Below, piece after piece: positions 44,510 to 56,780 of a stretch of 64,000 nt of DNA. Position 1 is the stretch's first letter. The number at the start of each line of letters is the position of its first letter. This DNA is from an uncultured Flavobacteriaceae bacterium (GTDB lineage Bacteria; Bacteroidota; Bacteroidia; Flavobacteriales; Flavobacteriaceae). Under the pieces are notes generated by a model. The model had not been told where the DNA came from. It saw only the letters and a list, made by a program, of their open reading frames with translations, and searched no databases. Made by a program: the position numbers and the translations under genes. Location of the stretch: the NCBI GenBank assembly GCA_963768325.1, contig CAVYIL010000005.1, positions 44,172 through 108,171 of the forward strand, given 5' to 3'.

Positions 44510-46010
44510 TTAGAATGTTGCATTTTTTAAATTCCCACCTTTTTTCTTTTTATCATCTTTTTTTCTAGTCGCAGGGTTCGGATCAAAAACAGTTCCCTTC
44601 AAATTCTTCCCTGCTTTTTTTCCTATTGCTTTTCCGTCCCTATTATCTAAATTCTTTGCCTTACCATCCATAGACCCATCGGCATTTTCTGTTACCAATC
44701 CGTCCCTTGGATCTTCTATCTCATAAAGTCTTTGACTATCTTTATCAACACCCATCAAAAACTTTTGGAGTTCGTGGATCGACCTTGGAGTACCTACTCT
44801 TGAGTACCTTAAACAAATACTTGTTCTTTCATTTTAAGATCATCTGTTTCAATAATCCCTAGCACGAAGTCGGCAGTATGAACAGTACCAAAACTTTCTG
44901 ATACATCATTCAATTCCATATTGGAAGAACCATTTTGATCCCGACCTGTTTGGGTTGCCGTGAATATACCAATGTTTTTTTCAACTGCAAGTCCTCTGAA
45001 CTCCTCTACTATTCCTTTCACATATAGATAGGAATTAGATGCATCTTTGTAACGGATGCTTGCAAAGATGTTCAAATAGTCAAGGAAAATGAAGTCGGGT
45101 TTGAAGTTCTCTCGTATCTCTAGATTCGTCTAACAATGCCCTAACATGTAATACATTAGCAGTTGCCGTAGGATATTGTTTTATAATTAATCGTCCCTCT
45201 GACCTTCCCATATAATCTTTTAATTTAGTAACATAATTATCTTTGGTGATTTTATCAAGATGCTCTGTACTAGTTTGTAAGATGTTACCATCGAAACGTT
45301 CTTTTAATTCTTCTTCTGATATTTCTGCTGACAGGTACAAACAATTTTGACCTGCTTTGAGATACTGTTCTGCTATTGCTTCAAGGCAAAGTGTTTTACC
45401 CACATTAGTCCCTGCCTGTATGACTATTATATGTTTCTTCTTGAACCCACCACGAGTCACTTCATTAAAAGTCGCAAAGTCGGGCATGGGGAACTGCTTA
45501 TCTTTATGATGGTAATAGTAGAATTGATCCTCTATTGATTTCTGAGTGCCATATGCATCCCCTATGGTATTTTTAAAGGATAGTTTCAAGGCATCCCTAA
45601 ACATATCGGGCAATTCTGATTTCCGTATCCTCTTATCTTCTCCACCTAGCATAGAAGCAGCCTTCATAACGGTCTTCTCTAAAACAACTTCTTGAAACCT
45701 ATGTTCAGTAGTATCTACTAAGTAGTCAAGAGTCATTGGTTCAATCGTGCTTTCTTTTATTTCACCCAAGGCATCGATAGTCTTATCAACTATATCGTTA
45801 TCTAATTTCCGATCTTTGGTTAGTTCTATTAGAACGGTGTCGTATGTTGGCAGGTTCTTTATACTTCCCAACGAACTCCTCATACTTTGTTACAATGACT
45901 TTTGACAATGTATCATCGAAGTATTTCTTGTTCAGAAATGGTGATACCTTTTTGGCATAATCTTTATTCTCGAATAAATTTTTAATGATTATTTCTTCTA
46001 TTTGTTCCAA
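44510..46010 (-). CDS. gp41: Replicative helicase (T4 gp41), split into four ORFs by indels
   Basis: KKVSPFLNKKYF, AGTNVGKT, LIIKQYPT, EEFRGLAVE, TATQTGR, SESFG..TADF, GVDKDSQRLY. Confidence 0.93.
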
Positions 46011-46060
46011 TATATTTTTCCTATCTTATATAATAATTATATTATGAAATGGATTGGAAA

Positions 46061-48443
46061 TCAAATTTTCTCCAACATTTTCAATTTAATTTGTTTTTCT
46101 GTGGGATAACCATTTTCTTCTAACGCATCTAATTCCTCATCACTAATTAGTGCCTTTCTAACTGCCCACTTAGTCATGAATATAGTTATAAAGGGAACTA
46201 TAATAAATCCTAATAGACATAAACAATACTCACATAAGATCCAAAAAATATGTCTCAGTATTTGTTTTAATACCTGTGATTTTTTATATATTGCTCGATG
46301 TTTCAAAACTTCTTTAACTTTATCCTTAAAATACCGAAAGTCATTAACCATAGAGTCGGAAGTTGCTTTGCTCCACGATCTAATAAATGGAAATTTCAAA
46401 AATGTTCTGTTCATAGATTTTCTACCTCTTTTATAGTTTCCATTTTCTTTAAATAATTTTGTGCCCACCATTGGAATTCATCCCAACTCACACATTTTCC
46501 GTTGAAGGGACAATCGGGATGTTGTGAACATTCAGATTGTCCACAGAAACCCCTACTAAGTAAACAACAAGTATTTACTTCAATAGCATCTTTTGCAATT
46601 TCTTCTTTTGTAAATCTTTTGTATTTCATAATTCCTCTATTGCATTAAGCAGTTTTCTTTTCTTTAGAACTTCTTTTGCCCACACTTTCATGTCGGATAT
46701 AAGACATCCTAATACACGATAGTATCCTGTATTTGCTTTGACCCATCTTTGATATTCACATATTTGGGGTTTCTGTTCACATTTGAAATTAAACATCGAA
46801 CTATCAGTTCTTTCCTTAAAGCAAGGACACCCAATAAACTGCGGTTTCTTCCTAGCAAGTTTCTTTAACATATTTATGCTGAACAATTTCATAGTTTTTC
46901 TATTGCCTGTATTGTCTTTAGTTGTTCTTTTTTAAAAATTTTATTGATGTGTTTCATTCTCCACTCCTCTACAGAACCTTCAAACCGATGATAGATGCAA
47001 GTATAATCTTTACAAACAGGTATCATTTTTTTAATATTGCTTGTCAACAAAGGACATTCTTCACATTCAATATAGGAGCAATCACCATTTTGTTTTATAA
47101 GTCGCTTCAATATAGTCTTTTGTTTCTTAGTCATAGTTCTATTTCTTCAACACATCCGATGCTTTCTTATATTTACTCATGTAATCTCTTGCTATCTTCT
47201 TTGCTATATATTCATTACAACCCCTTCTAGTAAGGTGTTTGCCGTTTCGTGACTTGTTTAATAACTGTTGTACCAAACAATGCTTGCAGTTGAAATCAAC
47301 TTGATCAATAAAGTCAGAGTCACAAAATCCCTTCTCACATATCCGCATCATAATCAAATGTCTTTTTATTCTTATATCTTTCATAGTCTTTTAATTTCCT
47401 TGAACAATTCTTCACGTTCCTTTAATAACTTTTCTGCTAGTGTAAGTCTGAACATTCTATCTAGAGTATCACAAAAATCACAGAATGTAGTACAACACTC
47501 CGCAGATCCGTTACACGAACCATCTCCGTTTTCAAGAAGATGTTTTGCAACTTGTATCTTGTTTTTAAAATGTATGTAATAACTATCATTCCTCTTCATA
47601 ACTTGTTGATCTCCTTTAACATTTCATTTTTACTTTTCTTATATTGGTGTTGCACAAAAAACCAAATCCAATCACAAATACCCATCTGTTCAAAATTAGA
47701 TAACAATAACCAATCCAAATTTTCAGATCCGAATTCGGAATCTAAATATTTGCTTATTTCATAAGTACGGAAGAAGTCCATAACACTAACTTGTGATTTT
47801 TGTGATACTCTATTAACAAATTTTGAAATGGGGCAATCCGCACAATTCATCAATGAATTACAATTGATATGATATGAACTGCTTGCCGACCTTTTCATAA
47901 GGTTAATATCTTTTGCAGTACAAACTATTTTTTCTGCTTTCATAGTTCCTCTATCATAGTTAATAACAGATTCTTGTTTTCTCATGTATTTTAACATAGC
48001 AACACAGGCGTTGTGTGAATATTTTTGTAGGAATTTGTTACTATCATAATAATTAGCAAGATGAGAATATCCCTTTTTTATAGAGAAGATCTGCAAAGGA
48101 CATGAATCACAATCTTCACATGGAAAAACAGATTCCCTGTTATTAAGATTATCAAGAGTTGTTATTTTTAAGTCACTAAGTTTATATTTTTTACTCATAT
48201 TAATTCAAGTTCCTTTAACAGTTCTTCTTTTTTAAGTTTTTTGTAAAAGAATACACAAGGGGAATATCCATATTTTGTAAAACAATCTCCACCGTAGTTT
48301 TCTGTATAGTATTCACCAACGGACATTCCGCATGGTGGTAACAATCCTATGGGACATTCTTCACAACAATCAATCCCACAGCAATTTATATCAACATCAC
48401 CATTAATATGTAGTTCTAATTTTAAATCGGAAAGTTTTTTCAT
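46061..48443 (-). CDS. Array of small, mostly Cys-rich ORFs with a shared C-terminal motif (8 ORFs)
   Basis: ORF track; CxxCP motifs; ends such as KEVENL, NAIEEL, QAIEKL, KEIKRL, KEINKL, KELELI; ATGA overlaps. Confidence 0.75.
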
Positions 48444-48571
48444 ACATGCTCCTAATACTGAAAAAGGGCAATAAGTATTGCTACCTACTGCCCTTCAACA
48501 AACATTAAAAATTAAAAGAAAATCGTGGGAGACCTTGCAACATGGTCGTTCGGTCTCCCAAAGGGATCTTC

Positions 48572-49697
48572 TTACGAAAAACCTTTAATTTTTCCGAAGA
48601 TTCCTTTGAAGGGTCGGAGAAAATCTTTGATCTTCTCATTCTTCTTGATATCAGATACTACAATCTGGGCATCTTCATCAATGAGGAAGTTCAGATATGC
48701 AACCTGTTCGTCTTCATCGAGAGTCTTAACAAAGGATGCAACATTTGAGAGTTGCTTTTTGTTAAGTTTTTTCACCTCAAACTTTTTGAGTTCGTTGAGG
48801 ATATCAGATTTGCGATCCCTGTTAAACTTCGCAACCGCATCTTTGTGCTTTGCGTAGTCGTTAATGATGTCATTAACGTTCAGAGTGGAAAGGTCACGTA
48901 GATAAGATTGGAATTTGGTAACGGTAGTTCCGATGTAAGAGAGACCCATTTGGGTTACGAAAGACATGTAGTCGGCAGGAGATGCACCCTTGCCATAAAT
49001 GCTAACGATGGAATCAGAAAGGAAAGTCCACGTTCGGGGGGAAGCATAAGCACCTGTTTGAACAACACCCTCTTTTTCTGCTTTGATACGATTGAAATGT
49101 TGCGGATTTGCTTCTATGAAGGAAACAATTTCGGGAATTACATTTTCCCTAGCAAAGTTGTCCACCCATTCGGGGATGGTAAGTTCATATTTGTAATGGA
49201 TCAAACGACCGTTGAGTGCGGTGTCGAATTCTTCAACTTCAGTTCCGTCTTCGTCACCGAGGTTGCCGAGTGCAACCATGTACACATTTTCGTTGAAATT
49301 AAAGGTAGAACCGATCTGCCTTTCATTAAGAATCTGCAAGGCAGCGTTACGAACAGGCAGGAGTGCCCTGTTAATTTCGTCAAAAACGATCAGAGTCGGT
49401 TTCTTGTTTGCTTCTACGGCATACTGCGGAACGGCATAGTACATAACGTCTACACCATCAATTTCTTTGGTTTTCGGCATACCTGCCACTTCGGTTTCGT
49501 CCATCTGACCGAGTCGGATGTTCAACGAGATTCCAATTTTCTTTTTTTGCAATTTGTTGGAACATTGCGGTTTTACCGATTCCTGGAGCACCCTTGATGT
49601 ATAAGACACCCGATTGTGCTTTGAGTATAGCAGTAAAAATATCTGCTTTGTTGTCGAGATTAACTCCCTTGATAACTTCTGTTTTTGTTTTCGGCAT
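48572..49697 (-). CDS. MoxR/dynein-related AAA+ ATPase (one indel near 49530)
   Basis: GAPGIGKT, IVFDEINRA, VALGN, DTALNGR, SPRTW. Confidence 0.9.
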
Positions 49698-49742
49698 ATT
49701 GATTTTCTCCAATCTTTATTGTTTGTTTATATGTTGTGACAT

Positions 49743-49905
49743 ATTTTACCATGGAAAAGGGGTTGAGATCAAATTTTTTTGCAATTTTTTTAAAAAAGTG
49801 AAAAAATGCAAATTTGGGCACTTTTTGCCCCCATTTGCAATATTGCTCAAAATATGTGAAATATGTGAAATCTGCTCAAAATTACCGAAAAATCGTGAAT
49901 TTACA
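49743..49905 (-). promoter_or_regulatory. Strong promoter TTGATC-N15-TGG-TAAAAT with AT-rich UP element; related copies at 53855-54000 and 26390-26440
   Basis: Near-identical -35, extended -10 and A-tracts upstream of the AAA, vWA and ClpS genes. Confidence 0.8.
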
Positions 49906-49938
49906 GGGAAAGTTGAAGTCGTGGTCAAGTTTCAAGTT

Positions 49939-52286
49939 TCATAACTTTTCAATCTCCTCATGCAGTAATTCTTTTAGTTTACGTTTCATTATCTCTGTAG
50001 TTTTTTCCCATGAATTGAATGGACAAGATAACGTATCATTGTAGAAACATCCTTCACAAGGTACAGAACATCCACCTGTTTGATCCATTTCAAAAAGAAG
50101 TTTGTTTATAGTTTGGTCTTCCGATTCTTTTTTCATAACTGTTCAATCTCATTGATTTTCTTTTGTTTCTCCAAGTAAAAATATTCTTGTGTGGATTTTG
50201 TACATGGACCAGGACATTGCCCTTTTTTGGTATTATGTTTGTATCCACACGATTGATATTTTTTATACAGTTTATATATAGGACAATCTTGACACCTATC
50301 ATATCCATTCGATAAAGCACCATTGCATGAATCGTGTTCATGCAAATATTTTAACAGGTTATAACGACTTGTTTTCATAATTCCTCGATTTCATCAAACA
50401 ATTGTAGTCTTTCTTTCAATAATTTTTTTGCTGTTTTAACAAGTTCCGATTCTTCACACCTATCACATCTAAGTTTACATTTGTTTCTTCCACCAATAAC
50501 ATGACAATTAAGTCCATGAACCAAACCACCCTTGCACCTTCCATCCTTTTTAATTATAGATTTATAAAATTCTATAGTATTTATTTTCATAATTCCTCTA
50601 TTGCTTTTAGTAAATTTTGTTTTTTATCTTTGTGATTATAATACCATAATATGATTCCACAACTTGACCAATTTCCACTATCTTCATAAGGTACTTCTTC
50701 GGTGTACCGAATAAACGATTCAAATGAAAAAATACAACTGATATTATGATGCTCAACGTTATGTTTTTTTAAATTATCTTTAGAATATCTTCTAACAGGA
50801 CACTCATCAGAACATGACATAAACTTTCCTTTCAACGAAAAGGGACATCTGTGTATAGTTCCATATTCGTTATTGGAATGAACACGTATAGAAATTTTCT
50901 TGTTTGAAAGGGGAGCAGGAACGTCTTTAATCATAGATCCTCTATTTCTTCTATTGCTTTCAGTTTGAAATATCGTGGGGTAGATTCTTCAAGTTTTTCT
51001 ACAAACTCTTTGCACCACCGCAACCGTTCAGAGGTTATCTGCTTAACCATTTTTATTGCTGATATTTTATCGTGCTTATAGAAACTGTAACCATGCCGAT
51101 ATATTATAGTGGAAAAAATTTTAGTAGTATTATTTTTCCTTAAATAATGTACCAATTCTTCAAACTGTTCTGTTTTAAATTGATCATAATACTGTGTCCG
51201 TTTTTCCCATGTAAAATCCCTTTTATTTGGATACCATAAGGTCTTAACAAATTGATCCGCAACCCCTTCACTATCAATAGAAAAAAGAGAACAACAAAAT
51301 TCAGACTTGACTTTAACGGCAAGTTCAAGTTCAAGTTCTTTTGCTAAATGAAGGCACTTCCCTTCATCACTTCTATTATTACAGTTCTTACAGGTTATCA
51401 TAGACTCTCTATTTCCTTTAAAACCTTTTCTTTAAGATAATTTTTAAAAAATAAATATCTTTCAGCACAACTTGGCAAAAAGTCATTTTCTTTTCTGTCA
51501 ATCAATTTAAAGAAATTACGAAAAAATATAGGACATTCATTACAATCAATACCATCACAACTCATACCTTCACCATATTCATCTTTTACCAATCTTAAAT
51601 TTTTTAGTGGAATATAACGATCTATTTTATTAGAGTTCATTTTCTATTTTGTCCAATAGTTTTTGTTTTCTTTCCTTGCGTATCATATAAACTGCCTTTG
51701 CACAGTTTGACCACTTTCCGTTGAGTCGTTCGGGAAGTTCGATATCACTAGTTTCCAAAATTTGATTCACATAAGAACTAATTGAACTCAATCCATTACT
51801 AATTTCAAGATCGTTCTCTTTTAGTTTTCTAGAACACCATTTTCTAACTTCACATCTATCAGTACAGACCCGATTAGCAGTATTGAAAAAACTACAATCA
51901 TCAGAATTAATAACGATCATCCCACTTCCATATAGAGAGTATTTCATCTTTAATTTTTTGTCTTTTATCTTTTTCATGATTTCCTTCAATGTGCCAAAGT
52001 GTGGAGTCGAACCACCGAGCATTATTATTTTTGCTCACCGAGTCGGGATACCTTACGATATACCTTCATTGGCATTACTTACTTTTTTAAGAATGTCTTC
52101 ATTTTCAATAAGAATTTCTATTGTTGCTATAAAAGCAAGAAAATCACATCCGAAAAGTTCTTTTGCTTTTTTGTTCTTTTGCTTTTTTGTTTCATTTTCA
52201 AATAGTGATATGACATTTTCCCCACCATTTTCTTTTACATAAATAGCAATTTTCTTAACTGAATCTAAAATTTTGTTCTTTTTCAT
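49939..52286 (-). CDS. Second array of small ORFs, mostly Cys-rich with the shared C-terminal motif; 50931-51401 contains a ribosomal L7/L12-CTD-like segment
   Basis: Ends EEIEKL, NEIEQL, DEIEEL, KAIEEL, EEIEDL, KEIESL, KIENEL; KISAIKMVKQIT..CKEFVE. Confidence 0.75.
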
Positions 52287-52335
52287 ATTTTTCTCCTAAT
52301 ATGTGTAAATGTTTTACTATACAATGCCGAAAATT

Positions 52336-53819
52336 TTAATATTCCGCATCGGGGTCGATCAGCACCTGTTTCAGTTTTCCGTTGCTTGCGGTGATAGGAC
52401 ATTCATCCCCTTGAGAGAGAATCAGTACCCTTTTCTTTAACCTAGAAAGGTCAAGAGAATCACACCAACCATCGGTAAGGATAACAGTTGCGTATTTATT
52501 GTATTTTTCTACAATGTAGTCAAGAGAGGGTTGAAGTTCAGTTCCACCCATCCCTTTAATCATCATTTTCTTAAACTGATTTTTGTTTTTAACAGTACCC
52601 ATATCGTGAACCTTAGTATCACATTGGATCATGTTAATTTCAATATCGTTCTGAAAAACATAGGCAAGGATTTTTTCAAAATACCCACCCATTGATCCAC
52701 TAGTATCAAGCATAACGTTGATACAGGAAGATTGTTTTTTAAAACCTTTGAAAGGAAGACCCTTGCGGTTTGCCTTTGCCCAAGTTTTATTCTTGTTCTG
52801 ACCTTTGAGGTGAGAAATACCTTTCTTGATTTCTTTCAGATAATCTTTCCGTTTTTTGCGGAGTTGACCGAGTACTGATTCAAAATCACCATCACCAAGT
52901 CCACGTGCTTTGATACGTTCAATCATATCTTTTTGCATCTGTTTTTTCAATTCAGCAGGAACTTCATCATCGAGGTGAGTGTCAATAGTTGCTTGACCGT
53001 TACCTTGTTTTTCCTGTTCTGCATGGTCGAGTACACTATCAAGATCATGACAATCGATATCATCAGCACCGTTTTTTCCGTAGGAATCTTTTTTGTTTTT
53101 TTGACCGTTTCCACTTCCGTTGCCTTTCTGATCACCCTCTTGAGGTTCTCCGTTGCCTTGTCCTTGACCGTTGCCTTTCTGATCACCCTCTTGAGGTTCT
53201 CCGTTGCCTTGTCCTTGTCCTTGCTGACCTTGTTGTCCTTGCTGACCTTGTTGTCCTTGCTGACCTTGTTGTCCTTGCTGACCTTGCTTTTCTTTATTGC
53301 GTTTTTCTTGTTGTTCACTCAACCAATCATACAGGTGTTCAAAGGTTTTAGGGCCTTTGTATTCTTTGGGAATAAATAATGCGGTATGTTGACCCTTTTC
53401 ATTAACAGGGATGGTAACAGGAAATTTAGGATCAGTTCCGTGCTTGCGTACAATCTCATTTACGATTATGGTATTGATGATCATGTCTTGAGCAATATTT
53501 GATAGTTGCCTATCATAATTCTTTGTAGTTCTTGCACAATGATCGAAGATAAGGTGAAAAATTTCATGAATAGCAATAAAGTTTACTTCGGATTGTTTTA
53601 ATCCATCAGTAAATGCTTTATTATAGTAGAAGTTAAAACCAGTGGGAGAAACATTGACACCCATTGTAGGCACTTTGTCGGTTCGTGGAAATTTGTTGCT
53701 AAAAATACTTCTGAATAATATGGGAATTTAAAAAGTAACCCACTAGAACATTCCGATAACTTCTCATGTATTTTTTGAAGTAAGTTTCTAGGTATTGGGC
53801 ATACACTCATTTGATCCAT
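52336..53819 (-). CDS. HExxH metallopeptidase-like + vWA domain protein (DUF2201-type MoxR partner), one indel
   Basis: PTMGV, IHEIFH, NIAQDMIIN, Q/G-rich linker, LDTSGSM, GGTEL, ILTDG. Confidence 0.9.
53110..53287 (-). repeat. Coding repeats in the vWA-gene linker: (QGQ)n and two copies of GQGNGEPQEGDQKGN
   Basis: Tandem 18-nt units and a duplicated segment visible in the DNA. Confidence 0.9.
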
Positions 53820-54015
53820 ATTTTCCTCTCTTTGTTTTTTAATAGGTGAGACCTATTTTACCATGAAAATGCTATTCAGATCAAATTTTTTTGGAATTTT
53901 TTTAAAAAAGTGAAATTTGCTGAATTCTGCCCAAATTTCACATATTTCGCATATTTGGACAGAATTCGAATTATCGGCAAAATCTGCTCAAAATTGCCGA
54001 TTATTCATACATTAC

Positions 54016-55118
54016 CTATTTTTTGGGATTTTTGCCTTTTGTAGGTTTTATGGGTTTTGCATCTTCGGAAAATATTTCATCTTCCTCGTCACTAGTACCA
54101 TAATTGAAATATGATTTCATATAGGTGTTCAACTTATCCAAAATATCTTGTGTAAAATAAGTTGATGCTTTTTTATAGATTGCCTTTGGAAAGTGTGACT
54201 TATCATCGATAACTACTTTTGTTCCACTCTTAGTCCACGGAATGTCGGGGCACTCTATGGCATAATCGATCAACCCATAATAAGGATGAAGACCATGTGT
54301 ATAAGAAAGAAGATGTTTCACCTTCGTGTTCTCTTTAGAGTCCCTTGCCTTAATCGCAGTTGAATTAATGATGTTACCAACGACTTCTGTACCGTTTTTG
54401 TTCTTTGCTTTGGTCAAGGTCAAGATCGTATCGCTGCATACTTAATTCCACCACCCCCTGCCATTACTTGTTGTCCTACACTCATAATGTTTGCATAGGT
54501 ATGATTAGTTATAATCATTCGTATTCCAAGTTTAGCAAGTTTTACAGTTAGTTGTCGGAATATTGAACAAACTTCTTTGGTTCGTGTCATATCTACTTTC
54601 TGTTCTCGTTTCTTAGTATCTGCAATCTCTTTTGCGGAAGGTAGATTTCCTAGACTATCGAGTACGATAAGAACATCAACTTCTCCCTTTTTGTATTTAG
54701 TGTTCAGTTCATCTAATACATCATTACATTCAGTATGAAATTGCCATAGGGATGATACAGGATAGTAATTGATCCTATCCAAGTCACACCCACGCATTTC
54801 TAGTCGTGATTTATTGATTGCATTTTCAGAATCAAAAATAAGCACGATACCATTCTCATGGTCATTAAGAAATGAATTGATTAGTGAAATAGAAAAGAAA
54901 GTTTTTCCTGTTGAACTTTCACCACCTAGACATAAAACAGAAGATCCTGCCAACCCTTTAAAAAGATCGCCTGATATCTGCATGTTAAGTAGGTAAGATC
55001 CTGTTGAAATAAATTCATTAGAATCTCCGAGAGTTCCTTCCTTTGTTAGTGTAGCATACTCATTCCCCGATACATCTCGTAAGGATTTGAGTAGACCTTG
55101 TACGTTTGCTTTTGCCAT
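54016..55118 (-). CDS. uvsX: UvsX RecA-like recombinase (one indel near 54425)
   Basis: ISTGSYLLN, GESSTGKT, FDSENA, LDSLGNL, DMTR, TNHTY, GGGG; YGLIDYA. Confidence 0.95.
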
Positions 55119-55218
55119 TTATTTTTCTCCTTTGTTTTACATATGACCCAATGACTATGAACTAATGCGTTTCGGTGTCGGTGGTCGGTGTTAAACCTGT
55201 GAATGTGGCAAATATTTT

Positions 55219-55650
55219 TTAAATATTTTTAATTGCTATGTCGGTTAATTCTTTTTCAAACTTTGCTATTGCACTTTTAGCATTGGTGTCCATAGCAAGT
55301 TTGTTTATCATGTTAATAACGATGATAGAAGTTCCAAGATCCTTTCTCCAAACCTCTTTCTTTCCTTTTTGGTTTTCTTGACCACTACTATATTGTCCTG
55401 TAAATCCCATTGTACCCTTTGGGTCAATAGTTGTGTAAGTTCCAAGAGCATAAGCAAATTCATCTGTTAATTGTTTTAATTTTATAACAGAAGTTTTATC
55501 TCCCAATTCAATTTCGGGATCTCTTTGTCTTGCCTTATCAATTTTAGTTTTAAGATGTCGCATTATTGCTTTCTTAATTTTTGGTGTATCCGCAAGTTTG
55601 AGAGTTGCTTCCATTAAACCTTTCTGTTCTAAGTAATCTGAAAATTTCAT
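55219..55650 (-). CDS. Hypothetical protein with MKFSDYLE N-terminus
   Basis: ORF track; late promoter 55675-55682. Confidence 0.65.
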   Translation of the reverse strand: MKFSDYLEQKGLMEATLKLADTPKIKKAIMRHLKTKIDKARQRDPEIELGDKTSVIKLKQLTDEFAYALGTYTTIDPKGTMGFTGQYSSGQENQKGKKEVWRKDLGTSIIVINMINKLAMDTNAKSAIAKFEKELTDIAIKNI

Positions 55651-55935
55651 TTGTTATCCTTTGTATTATATTATTATTTATATTTCTTCTTTAATAAAAC
55701 TAGTTTTAATATTGGATATAGAAGAATCAACACCAACATTTGTAATAGTACCCAAGCAGTTCTTAATATTTTTTTTATTAGTTTCATTTCATTAGATACA
55801 ACCCCACGACCATCCAAAAGGTTGCTTTCCCATATTCTTTATTTATATAAGAAGTTATCCCTTTTACTATTGATAACGTTCCACATACCACTACTGCTAT
55901 TCCTAGCATTTGCATTTGTATCATTATATTCTCTC

Positions 55936-56771
55936 CTAGAATAAATTTATCTTATTTTTTTTATAATTCATTATTAATATTTCTGTTGCTATGTCCCCGC
56001 CTCTGTTTTCGTAGTTTCCGAACATTTTTTTAAAATTCTTTTTCTTAACATTGAAATTTTCTTTCGGGTATAATTCGTTTAGTTGATCGAAGTCATAATA
56101 TGATAGAATAAACTTTCCTTTTATTTTAGTTAATACTTCTTTTAACCTATCATGATCCGATTTTTTATATCCACTAAGAGAATATTGTTTTTCCCTTTTG
56201 AAGTAAGGGGGATTAACATAAAACATGGTATCTTTGCTATCGTATTTTTCAATACATTTTTCAAAGTTTAAATTTTCAACAGAATATATACTCTTTAATT
56301 TTTTTAAATAAAAATCATTTCTTAGTTTATTCTGCAAAGGTTGGTATCTGTTTCCACCACTATTAGAAAAATTTGCTCTAATAGGATTTCTTCCCGAAAA
56401 CAGGTGACTAACTATATAAGAAAATTTATGTGCCACATCATAATCGGGAGCAATAAAAGGAATAAACTCATTTTTATTGTTAGGGAATAATATTTTATGA
56501 TAACGATCAAAGTTTCTTTGTTTATATTGTTATTGTTTTTCTCAATGTGATTCAAAAGAGTTTCGGGATCTAGATTGGAACAAAGAAATAAATTGTACAT
56601 GTATTTATTGATATCATTATATACACACTTATAATTACTAAATCTTTCCCCCCCCTTAAAGTAAACCCAAAATGCTCCAGAGAAGGGTTTTACATAAGTT
56701 TTAATTCCACTAGGGAATTGCTTAGATATCCATTCTGCCATATGAAATTTTCCACCAAAATATCGTATCAT
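55936..56771 (-). CDS. Dam-like (D12 class) DNA adenine methyltransferase (indel)
   Basis: RYFGGKF, YVKPFSG, VYNDIN, FYVNPPY, FILSY, EILIMNY. Confidence 0.88.
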
Positions 56772-56780
56772 AATATTTCC

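Noticed and set aside
53110-53287. Tandem repeats as a CRISPR array or DGR element
   Set aside because: In-frame low-complexity linker of the vWA protein with no unique spacers; no reverse transcriptase is seen in the window.
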